DNA from: an uncultured Aeriscardovia sp.
Lineage (GTDB): Bacteria > Actinomycetota > Actinomycetes > Actinomycetales > Bifidobacteriaceae
DNA: 64,000 nt
Reading direction: 5' to 3'
NCBI GenBank assembly: GCA_903789535.1
Contig: CAIFES010000004.1
Coordinates: 6,255 to 70,254 of the forward strand
Shown here: piece after piece, positions 34,279 to 43,091 of the stretch
Layout: each line of letters starts with the position of its first letter
Position numbering within the stretch: the stretch's first letter is position 1
Notes under the pieces: generated by a model
Database searches by the model: none
What the model was told of the DNA's origin: nothing
What the model saw: the letters and a program-made list of their open reading frames with translations, nothing else
Position numbers and translations under genes: made by a program

Positions 34279-36039
34279 TTAATTTTTGGGCTGGTTATCT
34301 CGTGCATCATCCGTCTGGTTCGGATCGTCGGCTGCAGAATCGTCGCGATCTGCCGTTCCGTCGGACTGATTGTTTGTATCGTCCTCACCCACGCCGGTCG
34401 GCACAAGCTGGGCCGCCATCTGGTTGAATTTCGCCGTCAGATCCGCCATCTGCCTGTCGATATCGGCAAGCTCCTGATTGACCTTTCCCAGATCGATCGG
34501 CTTCTCCTCCTCGAACGTATCCACATACCGCGGGATGTTGAGGTTGTAGTCGTTTTCCTTGATCTCGTCGAGACTCGCCACATGCGCGAGCTTCCTGACA
34601 TCCTGCCGTTTCTCGTATGTAGAGAGGATCAGATCGATGTCCTCGGCGCGCAGATGGTTCTGGTTCTTGCCTTTCTCAAAATGCTTGGAGGCGTCGATGA
34701 AGAGGACGTCCGTATTCACCCTGTTCTTGCGGAACACGAGCACGACAGTGGGAATACCGGTGGAATAGAACAGATTGGCCGGCAGACCGATCACCGCGTC
34801 CAGATAATTCTTCTCGATGAGCGCCTTGCGGATGGCCCCTTCGGCGGCACCGCGGAACAGCACGCCGTGGGGAAGAACGATCGCCATGCGGCCGGTAGGC
34901 TTGAGATGGTAGACGCAGTGCTCCACGAAGGCGTAATCGGCCTTGGATTTCGGGGCGAGACGGCCGTAATCCTTGAAGCGCGGGTCCTTCATCTTCGACT
35001 CGTCGTTGTCCCACTTCTGCGAGTAGGGCGGGTTGGCCACCACCGCGTCGAAGAACAGCGGGTGGTCCACACCGTTGGCATCCATGCCGTCAGGCCAGTC
35101 GGACTCGAGGGTGTCGGCATTGCGCAAGTGCATGTTCGTGTACGGAACCCCGTGCATCATCAGGTTCATGCGCGCCAGGTTGTACGTGGTGCTGTTGAGC
35201 TCCTGGCCATAGAACGTCACGCGCTCGGGGTTGGCCGTGCCGCCTTTGACCTCCTGCTGCACCGTCAGCAGCAGCGAGCCGGAGCCGCACGTGGGGTCGT
35301 ACACCTCGAAGTTCTGGCTCTGGTCGGTGATCGCGGCGTTGTCCTGCGCCGGCACGGACGGATCGGCGTAGGTGACGAGCCGCGCGAGCACGTCCGAGAC
35401 CTCGTGCGGCGTGTAGAACTCACCGGCCTTCTTGCCCGAGTTGCTGGCGAACTGGGCGATGAGATACTCGTAGACGCTTCCCAGAACGTCACGGCCGCTG
35501 TCATCGGTGAAATTGATGCTGTTGACGTCCTCGAGCAGGTCGGAGAGCGCCTTGGCGCGCGAGGAGGTGGAGTTGCCCAGACTCGTGTTGCCGAGGTTGA
35601 TGTTGTCGAAGATGCTCTGGAAATCATGCAGTGACTGCTCGCTCAGCCCCGCGTTCTGGCGGAAGTGGTCGAACATGTTCTGGAAGTCCTCGGGACGGAT
35701 GGTCTTGGACTCGGCTTTGGCCACGAGCGTGGCCCACGTGTCCTCCGGGTCGATGGCGTAGCCGATTCCGCGCACGAGCGTCTCGCGCACGTCAGGCAGG
35801 TCCTCACTGCCCACCTGCTGGCGGTAGGCGGCGTTGAGGCTCTGGCCCTCAGCCGGGATCACGAGCGACTGGTCGGCGAGATACTGCTCCTGCTTCTGTG
35901 AGAGATAGCGATAGAAGATGAACCCAAGGATATAGTCGCGGTATTCGCTCGCATCCATCTTGCCGCGCAGGCTGTTTGCCATGTTCCACAGCTGTGCTGC
36001 AAGGTTCTGCGCCTGTTGTGTGCCCGTGTTTTCTGCCAT
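34279..36039 (-). CDS. hsdM: Type I R-M N6-adenine DNA methyltransferase subunit
   Basis: N-terminal HsdM domain (LWNMANSLRGKMDASEYRDYILGFIFYRYLS), SAM motif DPTCGSGSLL and catalytic VVANPPYS. Confidence 0.95.
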   Translation of the reverse strand: MAENTGTQQAQNLAAQLWNMANSLRGKMDASEYRDYILGFIFYRYLSQKQEQYLADQSLVIPAEGQSLNAAYRQQVGSEDLPDVRETLVRGIGYAIDPEDTWATLVAKAESKTIRPEDFQNMFDHFRQNAGLSEQSLHDFQSIFDNINLGNTSLGNSTSSRAKALSDLLEDVNSINFTDDSGRDVLGSVYEYLIAQFASNSGKKAGEFYTPHEVSDVLARLVTYADPSVPAQDNAAITDQSQNFEVYDPTCGSGSLLLTVQQEVKGGTANPERVTFYGQELNSTTYNLARMNLMMHGVPYTNMHLRNADTLESDWPDGMDANGVDHPLFFDAVVANPPYSQKWDNDESKMKDPRFKDYGRLAPKSKADYAFVEHCVYHLKPTGRMAIVLPHGVLFRGAAEGAIRKALIEKNYLDAVIGLPANLFYSTGIPTVVLVFRKNRVNTDVLFIDASKHFEKGKNQNHLRAEDIDLILSTYEKRQDVRKLAHVASLDEIKENDYNLNIPRYVDTFEEEKPIDLGKVNQELADIDRQMADLTAKFNQMAAQLVPTGVGEDDTNNQSDGTADRDDSAADDPNQTDDARDNQPKN

Positions 36040-36110
36040 TGTGATGTCCTTTTTCTGTTCGTGTCCGTCTGGTGCGTCCGTCTGCTGTGTCTGGTGCGTT
36101 TATCCACCGC

Positions 36111-39100
36111 TCACATGTCCGGCGCCTCGCGCACCACCTCGTCCGCCAGACGTCGCAGGGCCGCGGTCAGCGCGTTCCTGTAGCGGAACACACCCATCGC
36201 GCGGATGTTCTCGTCGGTGGCGTCGTTGCGGTAATAACCCTGTTTCGTCACCTCGGCGAGGAGGGTGTTCATATCCTCGCCGTTGATATCATCCGTTCCC
36301 GGCGTGTGGCGTGAGATGAGCGTATCGATGATCTGTTTGGACCCTTCGATATCGAGCAGGCCCCATTTCGTGCGGAAATCGAGAATCTGGGTGCGGGCGC
36401 GGTTTCGTGCGTTGTCGACGGCGATCTGCGTCACATCCTGCGGTCTGACCGGATAGGTGACGCCGGAGATCTTCCCGTCCGGAGCCGATTGCGCGGCGGC
36501 GGCGAGGTCTTTCAGGCGCTGTGCCTTGCCCTGATCGTCGAGCTGTGCGGCGGCCTGAGCGAAGTTCGCCAGACGTGCCTCCTGGTCATCGCTCTGCGTG
36601 CTGCGCGCGTTGAGATAGATGGCGAGCAGCTTTTCCAGATACGAGTAGTTGACGCGCTCCTCCCCCACATGCTCCACATGGAAATCGAGGTCGATCACCG
36701 GCTGTGGCGGGAACTCGGACGCAGAATCAGTCGTACCGGTCGGCAGTGTGATCGTATGTGGCAGCGCGACGAGTTTCTGTTCCTCGTCGTCACTGATTCC
36801 AAGCTTCTCGCGCAGCCCCTCGGGGTGTGCAGGATCAAAGATCGTCTCATCCTGCTTGAGGGCGGTGACTCCGTTGTTATAGATCTTCAGCTGTTGCAGG
36901 CACTCGCGCTTGTCCTCCATGGCCGGCGGATCCATCTGGGTGAAGTCGTCCGTGATCTTGCGCAGGACGTCGATGGCCCGGCGGGTATCATTGGTGATCT
37001 TGTCCATATCAGCAATGACTCCACCACCGTCAGGATGATCCGTCGTAGGATGCACGGCATTCGGGTCAGGTGCTTTTCCTGTCACCGCCGAATTGCGATC
37101 GGCATACACACGCAGCGCCTCGTTCATCAGCTGCTTGGACGTCTCGGGCCAGCGGAAGTTGACGATGCGGCCGAACGGTTTGTACTGGTTGTCGTCGATG
37201 CGGTTCGTGCGCGAGTATGCCTGAATGAGGCTCGCGCCCGAGAGCGTGCGGTCAACGTAGAGCGTGTTGAGCTTCGGGGCGTCGAAACCAGTGAGCAGCT
37301 GGTCGACCACGATCACCAGATCGAGTTTGCGCGCATTGTCCGCGCCGCTGCCCGGATCGACGCCCGCCAGGCGCGAGGTGACGTCAGCGAAATACTGCGG
37401 CACCGAGTCTTTGTTGAAATTTGTGCCGAACTCATGGTTGTAGTAGTCCATCGCCCGCACGAGATCGGCATTGTTGTCCTTCTCGTCATCGCCGTGATTG
37501 TTGGCGAACGAGAAAGTGACGGCGATCGTCAGCGGCGTGCCGCCATTCTTCTCGATCTGACGGTTCTGCCTGCGGAACTCATCAAAGTACTGCATCGCCA
37601 TCGGCGTGGAGGCACCGCTCTTCACATGCGTGGTCAGAAGCGCGGGATAGCGGCCGTCAACCGAGCGGTTGGACCAGTGGTCGAGAATGTTCTTCACCAC
37701 CGCCTCGACGTGCCTGGCATTGCCGTCGTAGACGCCCGAGTCGATGAGGTTGTCGACCTCCTCCGGCTCGATGCGGGCGATGTACATGTTGACCTGCTGT
37801 GTGCTCCAGCCCGGATGCTTCAACGCGATCAGCTGCGGCAGAAGCTTTTCCTTGACCTCGTCGGAATCAAGCGTGTGCTCGAAGTCAACTTTGAAGCCGA
37901 GCACATTCTTGTCGGCGATGCCCTGCTTGATGGTGTAGGCGTGCAGGCACCGGCCGAAGATGCGCGAGGTGGTGTCGTCGTCGAACAGTGGGGTTCCCGT
38001 GTAGCCCACCCAGGCGGAGAACGGGAACTTTTTGCGGATATCCTGCAGCATCGAGCCGTTGGTGGAGCGATGCGCCTCATCGCAGATGAACACGCAACGC
38101 TTGTCAAACTTTTTGAACGAGTCGCGCTTGCACAGATCCCCCATCTTCTGGATGGAGGTGACGATGATCGAGCTGCCGCTCTGCCGGCTGCGCAGACGCC
38201 GGGCAAGATCCGACACATTGCGCGTGTCGGAGACGACGCCGGACGAATCGACCGTCGAATCAGGATCGTAGGCGCGGTACTTGTCGTATGTCTGCCGCGT
38301 CAGCGCAATACGGTCCACAAGGAAGACCACCTTGTCGACCATCGGCAGCCGTGAGGCGAGCCATGCCGTCTTAAAGCTCGTGATGGTCTTGCCCGAGCCT
38401 GTCGTATGCCACACATAGCCAATGCCCTGTGCCTGGGCGGTATCGAAATCATGATTTTTGATGGCTCTGATCACACGGCGCGTGGCATACACCTGGTAGG
38501 GGCGCATGACGATGAGCCGGTCATGGCCGCGCTCGCCGTCAAGGATCATATAGCTCGTCGCCATCTGGTGCGCCATCGGGATGGAGAGCATCAGGTCGGT
38601 GAACGTCTTCCAGTCGTAGACCGGCTCGCCCTCGGGCGTCTGCCAGCGGAACGAGAAGTCGAGGCTGAAATGGTCCGCATCGGTCATCGCCATGTATTTG
38701 CAGTCGTAGGGCGTCATTCCCACAAGAATCTGCAGTGTGGAGAAAATACCGCCGTACTGGCCCTCCTGCGCATAGCGCTGCTCCTGGCGCAGCGCCTCGT
38801 TCACATCGTGCGCGGCGGATTTCTCCTCGATCTGGATGATCGGCAGACCGTTGATGAGCAGCGTCGTGTCGAAACGGCGTGAAGGAAGACCCGCCCGCAC
38901 CGGTTTGCGCTGTATCTGGTTGACGATCTGGTAGGTCGTGTTGCCCGCGCCCACCTGCTCCTGGTCGAACACGGTCAGCATCACCGTCTGGCCGGCGGGA
39001 TCCGTCGTCGTGTCCGTCGACTGCCGTTCGGAATCACCGTTTTGCGAGCCGTCGCCCGCCTGCGCCGCATCGCGATGGATCTCCACCTGCGTGACGCCGT

Positions 39101-39401
39101 TGAAACCGTACAGCCACTGTCCTGCCTTGTAGGGTGAGGAGCAGTTGGTGAGCAGCTCACGTCTGACCTGATTGAACTCATCGTTCGTCAGCGGTCTGCC
39201 GCCAAGCTTTCCGGTGTTGTTGCGCTCGAGAATATGGCGGAAGTTCGCCCACAGATCGTCCGTCGTCTTGATATCCGGCCTGTACTGCCATTGCTTCGTG
39301 CCGCCGATATGTTGCAGATGGCTGATGAGCTGACGTTCGAAGGCCTCCTCATCGCAAGGCACGGTCTGGTCCATTCCAGCGTTCTGCATCGAATCGCCCA
39401 T
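36111..39401 (-). CDS. hsdR: Type I R-M restriction endonuclease/translocase subunit
   Basis: HTTGSGKT (Walker A), ICDEAHRST (DEAH box), and YTGTP and QAYSRTNR helicase motifs. I prefer ATG 39401 after GAAAGG; the track ORF extends to 39479. Confidence 0.95.
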   Translation of the reverse strand: MGDSMQNAGMDQTVPCDEEAFERQLISHLQHIGGTKQWQYRPDIKTTDDLWANFRHILERNNTGKLGGRPLTNDEFNQVRRELLTNCSSPYKAGQWLYGFNGVTQVEIHRDAAQAGDGSQNGDSERQSTDTTTDPAGQTVMLTVFDQEQVGAGNTTYQIVNQIQRKPVRAGLPSRRFDTTLLINGLPIIQIEEKSAAHDVNEALRQEQRYAQEGQYGGIFSTLQILVGMTPYDCKYMAMTDADHFSLDFSFRWQTPEGEPVYDWKTFTDLMLSIPMAHQMATSYMILDGERGHDRLIVMRPYQVYATRRVIRAIKNHDFDTAQAQGIGYVWHTTGSGKTITSFKTAWLASRLPMVDKVVFLVDRIALTRQTYDKYRAYDPDSTVDSSGVVSDTRNVSDLARRLRSRQSGSSIIVTSIQKMGDLCKRDSFKKFDKRCVFICDEAHRSTNGSMLQDIRKKFPFSAWVGYTGTPLFDDDTTSRIFGRCLHAYTIKQGIADKNVLGFKVDFEHTLDSDEVKEKLLPQLIALKHPGWSTQQVNMYIARIEPEEVDNLIDSGVYDGNARHVEAVVKNILDHWSNRSVDGRYPALLTTHVKSGASTPMAMQYFDEFRRQNRQIEKNGGTPLTIAVTFSFANNHGDDEKDNNADLVRAMDYYNHEFGTNFNKDSVPQYFADVTSRLAGVDPGSGADNARKLDLVIVVDQLLTGFDAPKLNTLYVDRTLSGASLIQAYSRTNRIDDNQYKPFGRIVNFRWPETSKQLMNEALRVYADRNSAVTGKAPDPNAVHPTTDHPDGGGVIADMDKITNDTRRAIDVLRKITDDFTQMDPPAMEDKRECLQQLKIYNNGVTALKQDETIFDPAHPEGLREKLGISDDEEQKLVALPHTITLPTGTTDSASEFPPQPVIDLDFHVEHVGEERVNYSYLEKLLAIYLNARSTQSDDQEARLANFAQAAAQLDDQGKAQRLKDLAAAAQSAPDGKISGVTYPVRPQDVTQIAVDNARNRARTQILDFRTKWGLLDIEGSKQIIDTLISRHTPGTDDINGEDMNTLLAEVTKQGYYRNDATDENIRAMGVFRYRNALTAALRRLADEVVREAPDM

Positions 39402-39410
39402 CAGAAAAAC

Positions 39411-39512
39411 CTTTCGCAACAGCATTGTCGACGATGCCGGATTCATTTCATGACATTGTCGGCATTGTCGCTGTCCCATAGCGACAATTTCTTACTGTAC
39501 CTGTTGCGAAAG
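39411..39512 (-). promoter_or_regulatory. Nested inverted repeats in the hsdR leader; the proximal arm covers the hsdR SD
   Basis: Outer 12-nt perfect inverted repeat: CTTTCGCAACAG (39411..39422) with CTGTTGCGAAAG (39501..39512). Inner 8-nt inverted repeat: ATTGTCGC (39464..39471) with GCGACAAT (39481..39488). There are also extra ATTGTCG copies. Confidence 0.4.
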
Positions 39513-39522
39513 TCCTGATGAC

Positions 39523-39555
39523 ACAAAACGGCGCCCGGGTGCATCCCCGGACGCC
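39523..39555 (-). terminator. Intrinsic terminator of hisS-aspS
   Basis: The minus strand reads GGCGTCCGGG-gatgca-CCCGGGCGCC (10-bp stem, one G.U pair), followed by GTTTTGTGT. Confidence 0.65.
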
Positions 39556-39669
39556 GCTCATGCTGTCAGTCCAGTCTCAGTTTGGAAGACTGATCACGCC
39601 TCGCTCGCAGGCTTTGGACTGCGGACTAAGCATGATTGTCTTTGGCGCGATTCTTCGGCGCGATCGGAC

Positions 39670-41484
39670 TTATTTCTCGGCAGAATCCTGAGCCTGCTCG
39701 TCCTCCGGCTTCTCGTCCACGCCGGTCTCCGCGCGCTGGGCGGCGGAAATGGGCGCCGGGGCACCGGTGAGCAGGTCGGTGCCGGCGTGCGTCTTCGGGA
39801 AGGCGATCACGTCGCGGATGGAGTCCGTGCCCGCCATGATGGCCGAGGCGCGGTCCCAGCCGAAGGCCATGCCGGCGTGCGGCGGGGCTCCGTACTGGAA
39901 GGCGTCGAGCAGGAAGCCGAACTTTTCCTGTGCCTCCTGCTGGCCGATGCCAAGCACATTGAGCACGCGGTTCTGGATGTCGGTGCGGTGGATACGCTCC
40001 GAGCCACCGCCCATCTCCAGGCCGTTGCACACGATGTCGTAGGCGTTGCTCATGGCGTGCTCGGGATCCTTGTCGAAGGTGTCGATCCAGTCCTCGCGCG
40101 GCATGGTGAACGGGTGGTGCATCGGGCTCCACGCGGAGTGGCCCACCTGCACATGGTCGTCGTTCGGGTCGTCGGTGCGCTTGAACAGCGGGAAGTCGAC
40201 CACCCACACGAAGGCAAACTTCTTGGGGTCGAGCAGACCCTGGCGACGGGCGATCTCACGGCGGACCATGCCCAGCAGCAGCTGGCTGGACTCCCGGTCG
40301 CCGGCGGAGAAGAACACGGCGTCGCCGTCATGGGCGCCCACCTTGGCGGCAAGACCCTCGCGCTCGGCGTCGGAGAGGTGCTTTGCCACCGGGCCGGAGA
40401 TTTCCCCGTCCTTGAACACGGCGTAGGCAAGGCCCTTCGCGCCGCGCTGCTTCGCCCAGTCCTGCCACTCGTCGAACTGACGGCGGTGCAGCGCCGCGCC
40501 GCCGCTGTAGAGCACGGCGCCCACATAGTCCTGCTGGAACAGGCGGAACGGGGTGTTCTTGAAGTAGTCGGTCATCTCCACAAGCTGGTTGCCGAAGCGC
40601 AGGTCCGGCTTGTCGGAGCCGTACTTGTCCATCGCATCCTTCCAGCTGATACGCGCGATCGGAGTCTTCACCTCATAACCGCAGGCCTTCCAAACATCGT
40701 GGATGATCTGCTCGCCGACCTTCATCACGTCCTCCTGGCCCACGTAGCTCATCTCGAGATCGAGCTGAGTGAACTCCGGCTGGCGGTCAGCGCGGAAATC
40801 CTCGTCACGGAAGCAGCGGGCGAACTGGTAGTAGCGCTCCACGCCCGAGACCATGAGCAGCTGCTTGAGCAGCTGGGGCGACTGCGGCAGCGCGTACCAC
40901 GAGCCCGGATGCAGGCGGGAGGGGACCACGAAATCGCGCGCGCCCTCGGGGGTGGACTTGATCAGATCGGGGGTCTCGACCTCCTCGAAGTCCATCTTGT
41001 GCAGGCTCTCGCGCGCGGCCCACATCATCTTGGCGCGCAGCGACAGGCGCTTCTGCATGGCCGGGCGGCGCAGGTCGAGGAAGCGGTACTTGAGGCGCAC
41101 GTCCTCGCCGGGCAGGTTGTTCTCCCCCTTGTTCTCCACGATCGAGGAGACCTGGAACGGCAGCTGTTTCGAGGTGGCGAGCACGGTGACCTTCGTGGCG
41201 TCGAGCTCCACGTCGCCGGTGACCATGTTGTCGCTCTTCTGGCTGTCCGGCCTCTCGGCGACGGTGCCGGTGATCTGCACCACGTATTCGGCGCGGATGT
41301 CGCCCACCAGCTTCGGGTCGTCGACCATCACCTGCAGCAGGCCGGAATGGTCGCGCAGATCAAGGAAGGTCATGCCTCCCAGATCACGGCGGCGGTCGAC
41401 CCAGCCGGCGACCGTCACGCTCTGGCCGACGAGCCCCAGGCCGATCTCGGCGATGGAGTGCGTTCTGTATTTGCTCGAGCTCAT
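39670..41484 (-). CDS. aspS: Aspartate--tRNA ligase
   Basis: N-terminal OB fold, class II motif 2 FRDEDFRADRQPEFTQLD, and motif 3 GGSERIHR...PPHAGMAFGWDR. Confidence 0.95.
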   Translation of the reverse strand: MSSSKYRTHSIAEIGLGLVGQSVTVAGWVDRRRDLGGMTFLDLRDHSGLLQVMVDDPKLVGDIRAEYVVQITGTVAERPDSQKSDNMVTGDVELDATKVTVLATSKQLPFQVSSIVENKGENNLPGEDVRLKYRFLDLRRPAMQKRLSLRAKMMWAARESLHKMDFEEVETPDLIKSTPEGARDFVVPSRLHPGSWYALPQSPQLLKQLLMVSGVERYYQFARCFRDEDFRADRQPEFTQLDLEMSYVGQEDVMKVGEQIIHDVWKACGYEVKTPIARISWKDAMDKYGSDKPDLRFGNQLVEMTDYFKNTPFRLFQQDYVGAVLYSGGAALHRRQFDEWQDWAKQRGAKGLAYAVFKDGEISGPVAKHLSDAEREGLAAKVGAHDGDAVFFSAGDRESSQLLLGMVRREIARRQGLLDPKKFAFVWVVDFPLFKRTDDPNDDHVQVGHSAWSPMHHPFTMPREDWIDTFDKDPEHAMSNAYDIVCNGLEMGGGSERIHRTDIQNRVLNVLGIGQQEAQEKFGFLLDAFQYGAPPHAGMAFGWDRASAIMAGTDSIRDVIAFPKTHAGTDLLTGAPAPISAAQRAETGVDEKPEDEQAQDSAEK

Positions 41485-41540
41485 TGTTCCTGTCCTTCTC
41501 TTGCCAAGCTCACACAGTATAGGGCGGGCGGTGATCCCGC

Positions 41541-42950
41541 TCAGTCGGCCTCGCCGGTGACGATTGTGCGCTGTGCCAGCGCCTCATCCGGCTGCCAGGT
41601 CGAGACATCGCCCTGCTGCTGGTCGCCGGAGAGGATGTTGCGCACCTGGTCGGTCGCGTTCTCCGAGCCAGCCTCGGCGTTCGGATCAGCCGGAAGCCAC
41701 ACATACGGGATACCAAGACGCGAGGCATAGCGGATCTGCTTGCCGATCTTCTGGGCCTTCGGTGCCACATCGGCGTCGATGCCACGATTGCGAAGCTCGG
41801 CCGCGATCTCGTCGGAGCGGTCGCGGTCGTCCTCGTTCCACACGCCCACGAGCACGGCGGCAGGGCTCATACGGCTCGCCCGTGCGCCGGCGGTGTGCAG
41901 CAGGTAGGCGAGAAGCCGTGAAAGACCGATCGACATACCCACGCCCGGATACTTGTGGCTGCCCTGGCTGGCGAGGTTGTCGTAGCGCCCGCCCGAGCAG
42001 ATGGAGCCGAGCTGCGGCACGCCGTCCACGAACGTCTCGTAGACGGAGCCCGTGTAATAGTCCAGGCCACGCGCAATGGCGAGATCGGCGATCACCGAGC
42101 CCGGGCGGATCCTGTCCGCTTTGGTGATGATGGTCGACACGGTCGAAAGGCCCTTGATCGCGGCGGCATAGTGCTCACCCTGGGTGTCCACGCCGTACTT
42201 TTCGCACAGCGCGTCAAACTTCGTGCGCAGCTCGCCGGCATCCGTGGTGCGGATCTCAGCCAGGTCAAGGCAGGCGCGTGCCTGTCTCTCGTCGGCACCG
42301 CATGTCTTCTCGAGCTGCCGTGCCACCTCGTCCGGGCTCGTCTTGTCGAGCTTGTCGACCTCGCGCAGCACGCCTTCCACATCCGACAGGCCGATCGCAC
42401 GGTAGAAGCCCTCGGAGAGCCTGCGGTTGTTGACATGCATCGTCACATGCGGCAGGCCGAGGCTCTCCAGGCGTGAGAGCGCCTCAAGCATGACGAGCGG
42501 GACCTCCGTCTCATAATGCTCGGGAAGATCGCCGTTGCCCACCACATCGATATCGGCCTGGACAAACTCGCGGAAACGACCTTCCTGCGGTCGCTCGCCG
42601 CGCCACACCTTCTGGATCTGATAGCGCTTGAACGGGAAGACGATGTCACCCGAATGCTCCACCACATAGCGCGAGAGCGGCACGGTCAGATCAAAATGCA
42701 GACCGAGGCGCTCAGGCAGCGGGGTGTCATCCTCATGACCCACATCCTGCAGACGCGAGAGCAGATAGATCTGCTTGCTCGTCTCGCCTTTTTTGAGCAG
42801 GCTTGCGCCTGTCTCCACCGCGCGGGTCTCAATGCCGAGGAAGCCATTGAGCTCGAAGACCCCGCGGACGATGTCCATCATTTTCTGTTCGACAGCGCGT
42901 TCCTGCGGAAGATACTCCGGGAAGCCTGAAACTGTTGCGCCTTTCGCCAT
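41541..42950 (-). CDS. hisS: Histidine--tRNA ligase
   Basis: MAKGATVSGFPEYLP..., RGERPQEGRFREF and GGRYDNL motifs. ATG 42950 follows GGGGGG; the track ORF extends to 43058. Confidence 0.95.
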   Translation of the reverse strand: MAKGATVSGFPEYLPQERAVEQKMMDIVRGVFELNGFLGIETRAVETGASLLKKGETSKQIYLLSRLQDVGHEDDTPLPERLGLHFDLTVPLSRYVVEHSGDIVFPFKRYQIQKVWRGERPQEGRFREFVQADIDVVGNGDLPEHYETEVPLVMLEALSRLESLGLPHVTMHVNNRRLSEGFYRAIGLSDVEGVLREVDKLDKTSPDEVARQLEKTCGADERQARACLDLAEIRTTDAGELRTKFDALCEKYGVDTQGEHYAAAIKGLSTVSTIITKADRIRPGSVIADLAIARGLDYYTGSVYETFVDGVPQLGSICSGGRYDNLASQGSHKYPGVGMSIGLSRLLAYLLHTAGARASRMSPAAVLVGVWNEDDRDRSDEIAAELRNRGIDADVAPKAQKIGKQIRYASRLGIPYVWLPADPNAEAGSENATDQVRNILSGDQQQGDVSTWQPDEALAQRTIVTGEAD

Positions 42951-43091
42951 GCCCCCCAGCATAGAAAGCGGCGCCGAAGAGCCGGCATGGTGCGTGCCGC
43001 AGAGCATGTGTTCCCGTATAATCAGAGTGTTGACAAGAACGCGGGCGTGTGCCCGCACTCTTCACCGCCCGCGATCACGCAAGGAGAAGGC

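Noticed and set aside
36489-38354. A 621-aa plus-strand ORF inside hsdR, and a 350-aa ORF (34582..35634) inside hsdM, which could be mistaken for extra defence genes.
   Set aside because: Both are antisense shadows with no motifs. hsdR and hsdM motifs (DEAH, NPPY) are on the minus strand.
39787-41730. A 647-aa plus-strand ORF across aspS and the hisS 3' end.
   Set aside because: It is a shadow ORF. The minus strand carries class II aaRS motifs, and the ORF spans two real genes and their intergenic gap.
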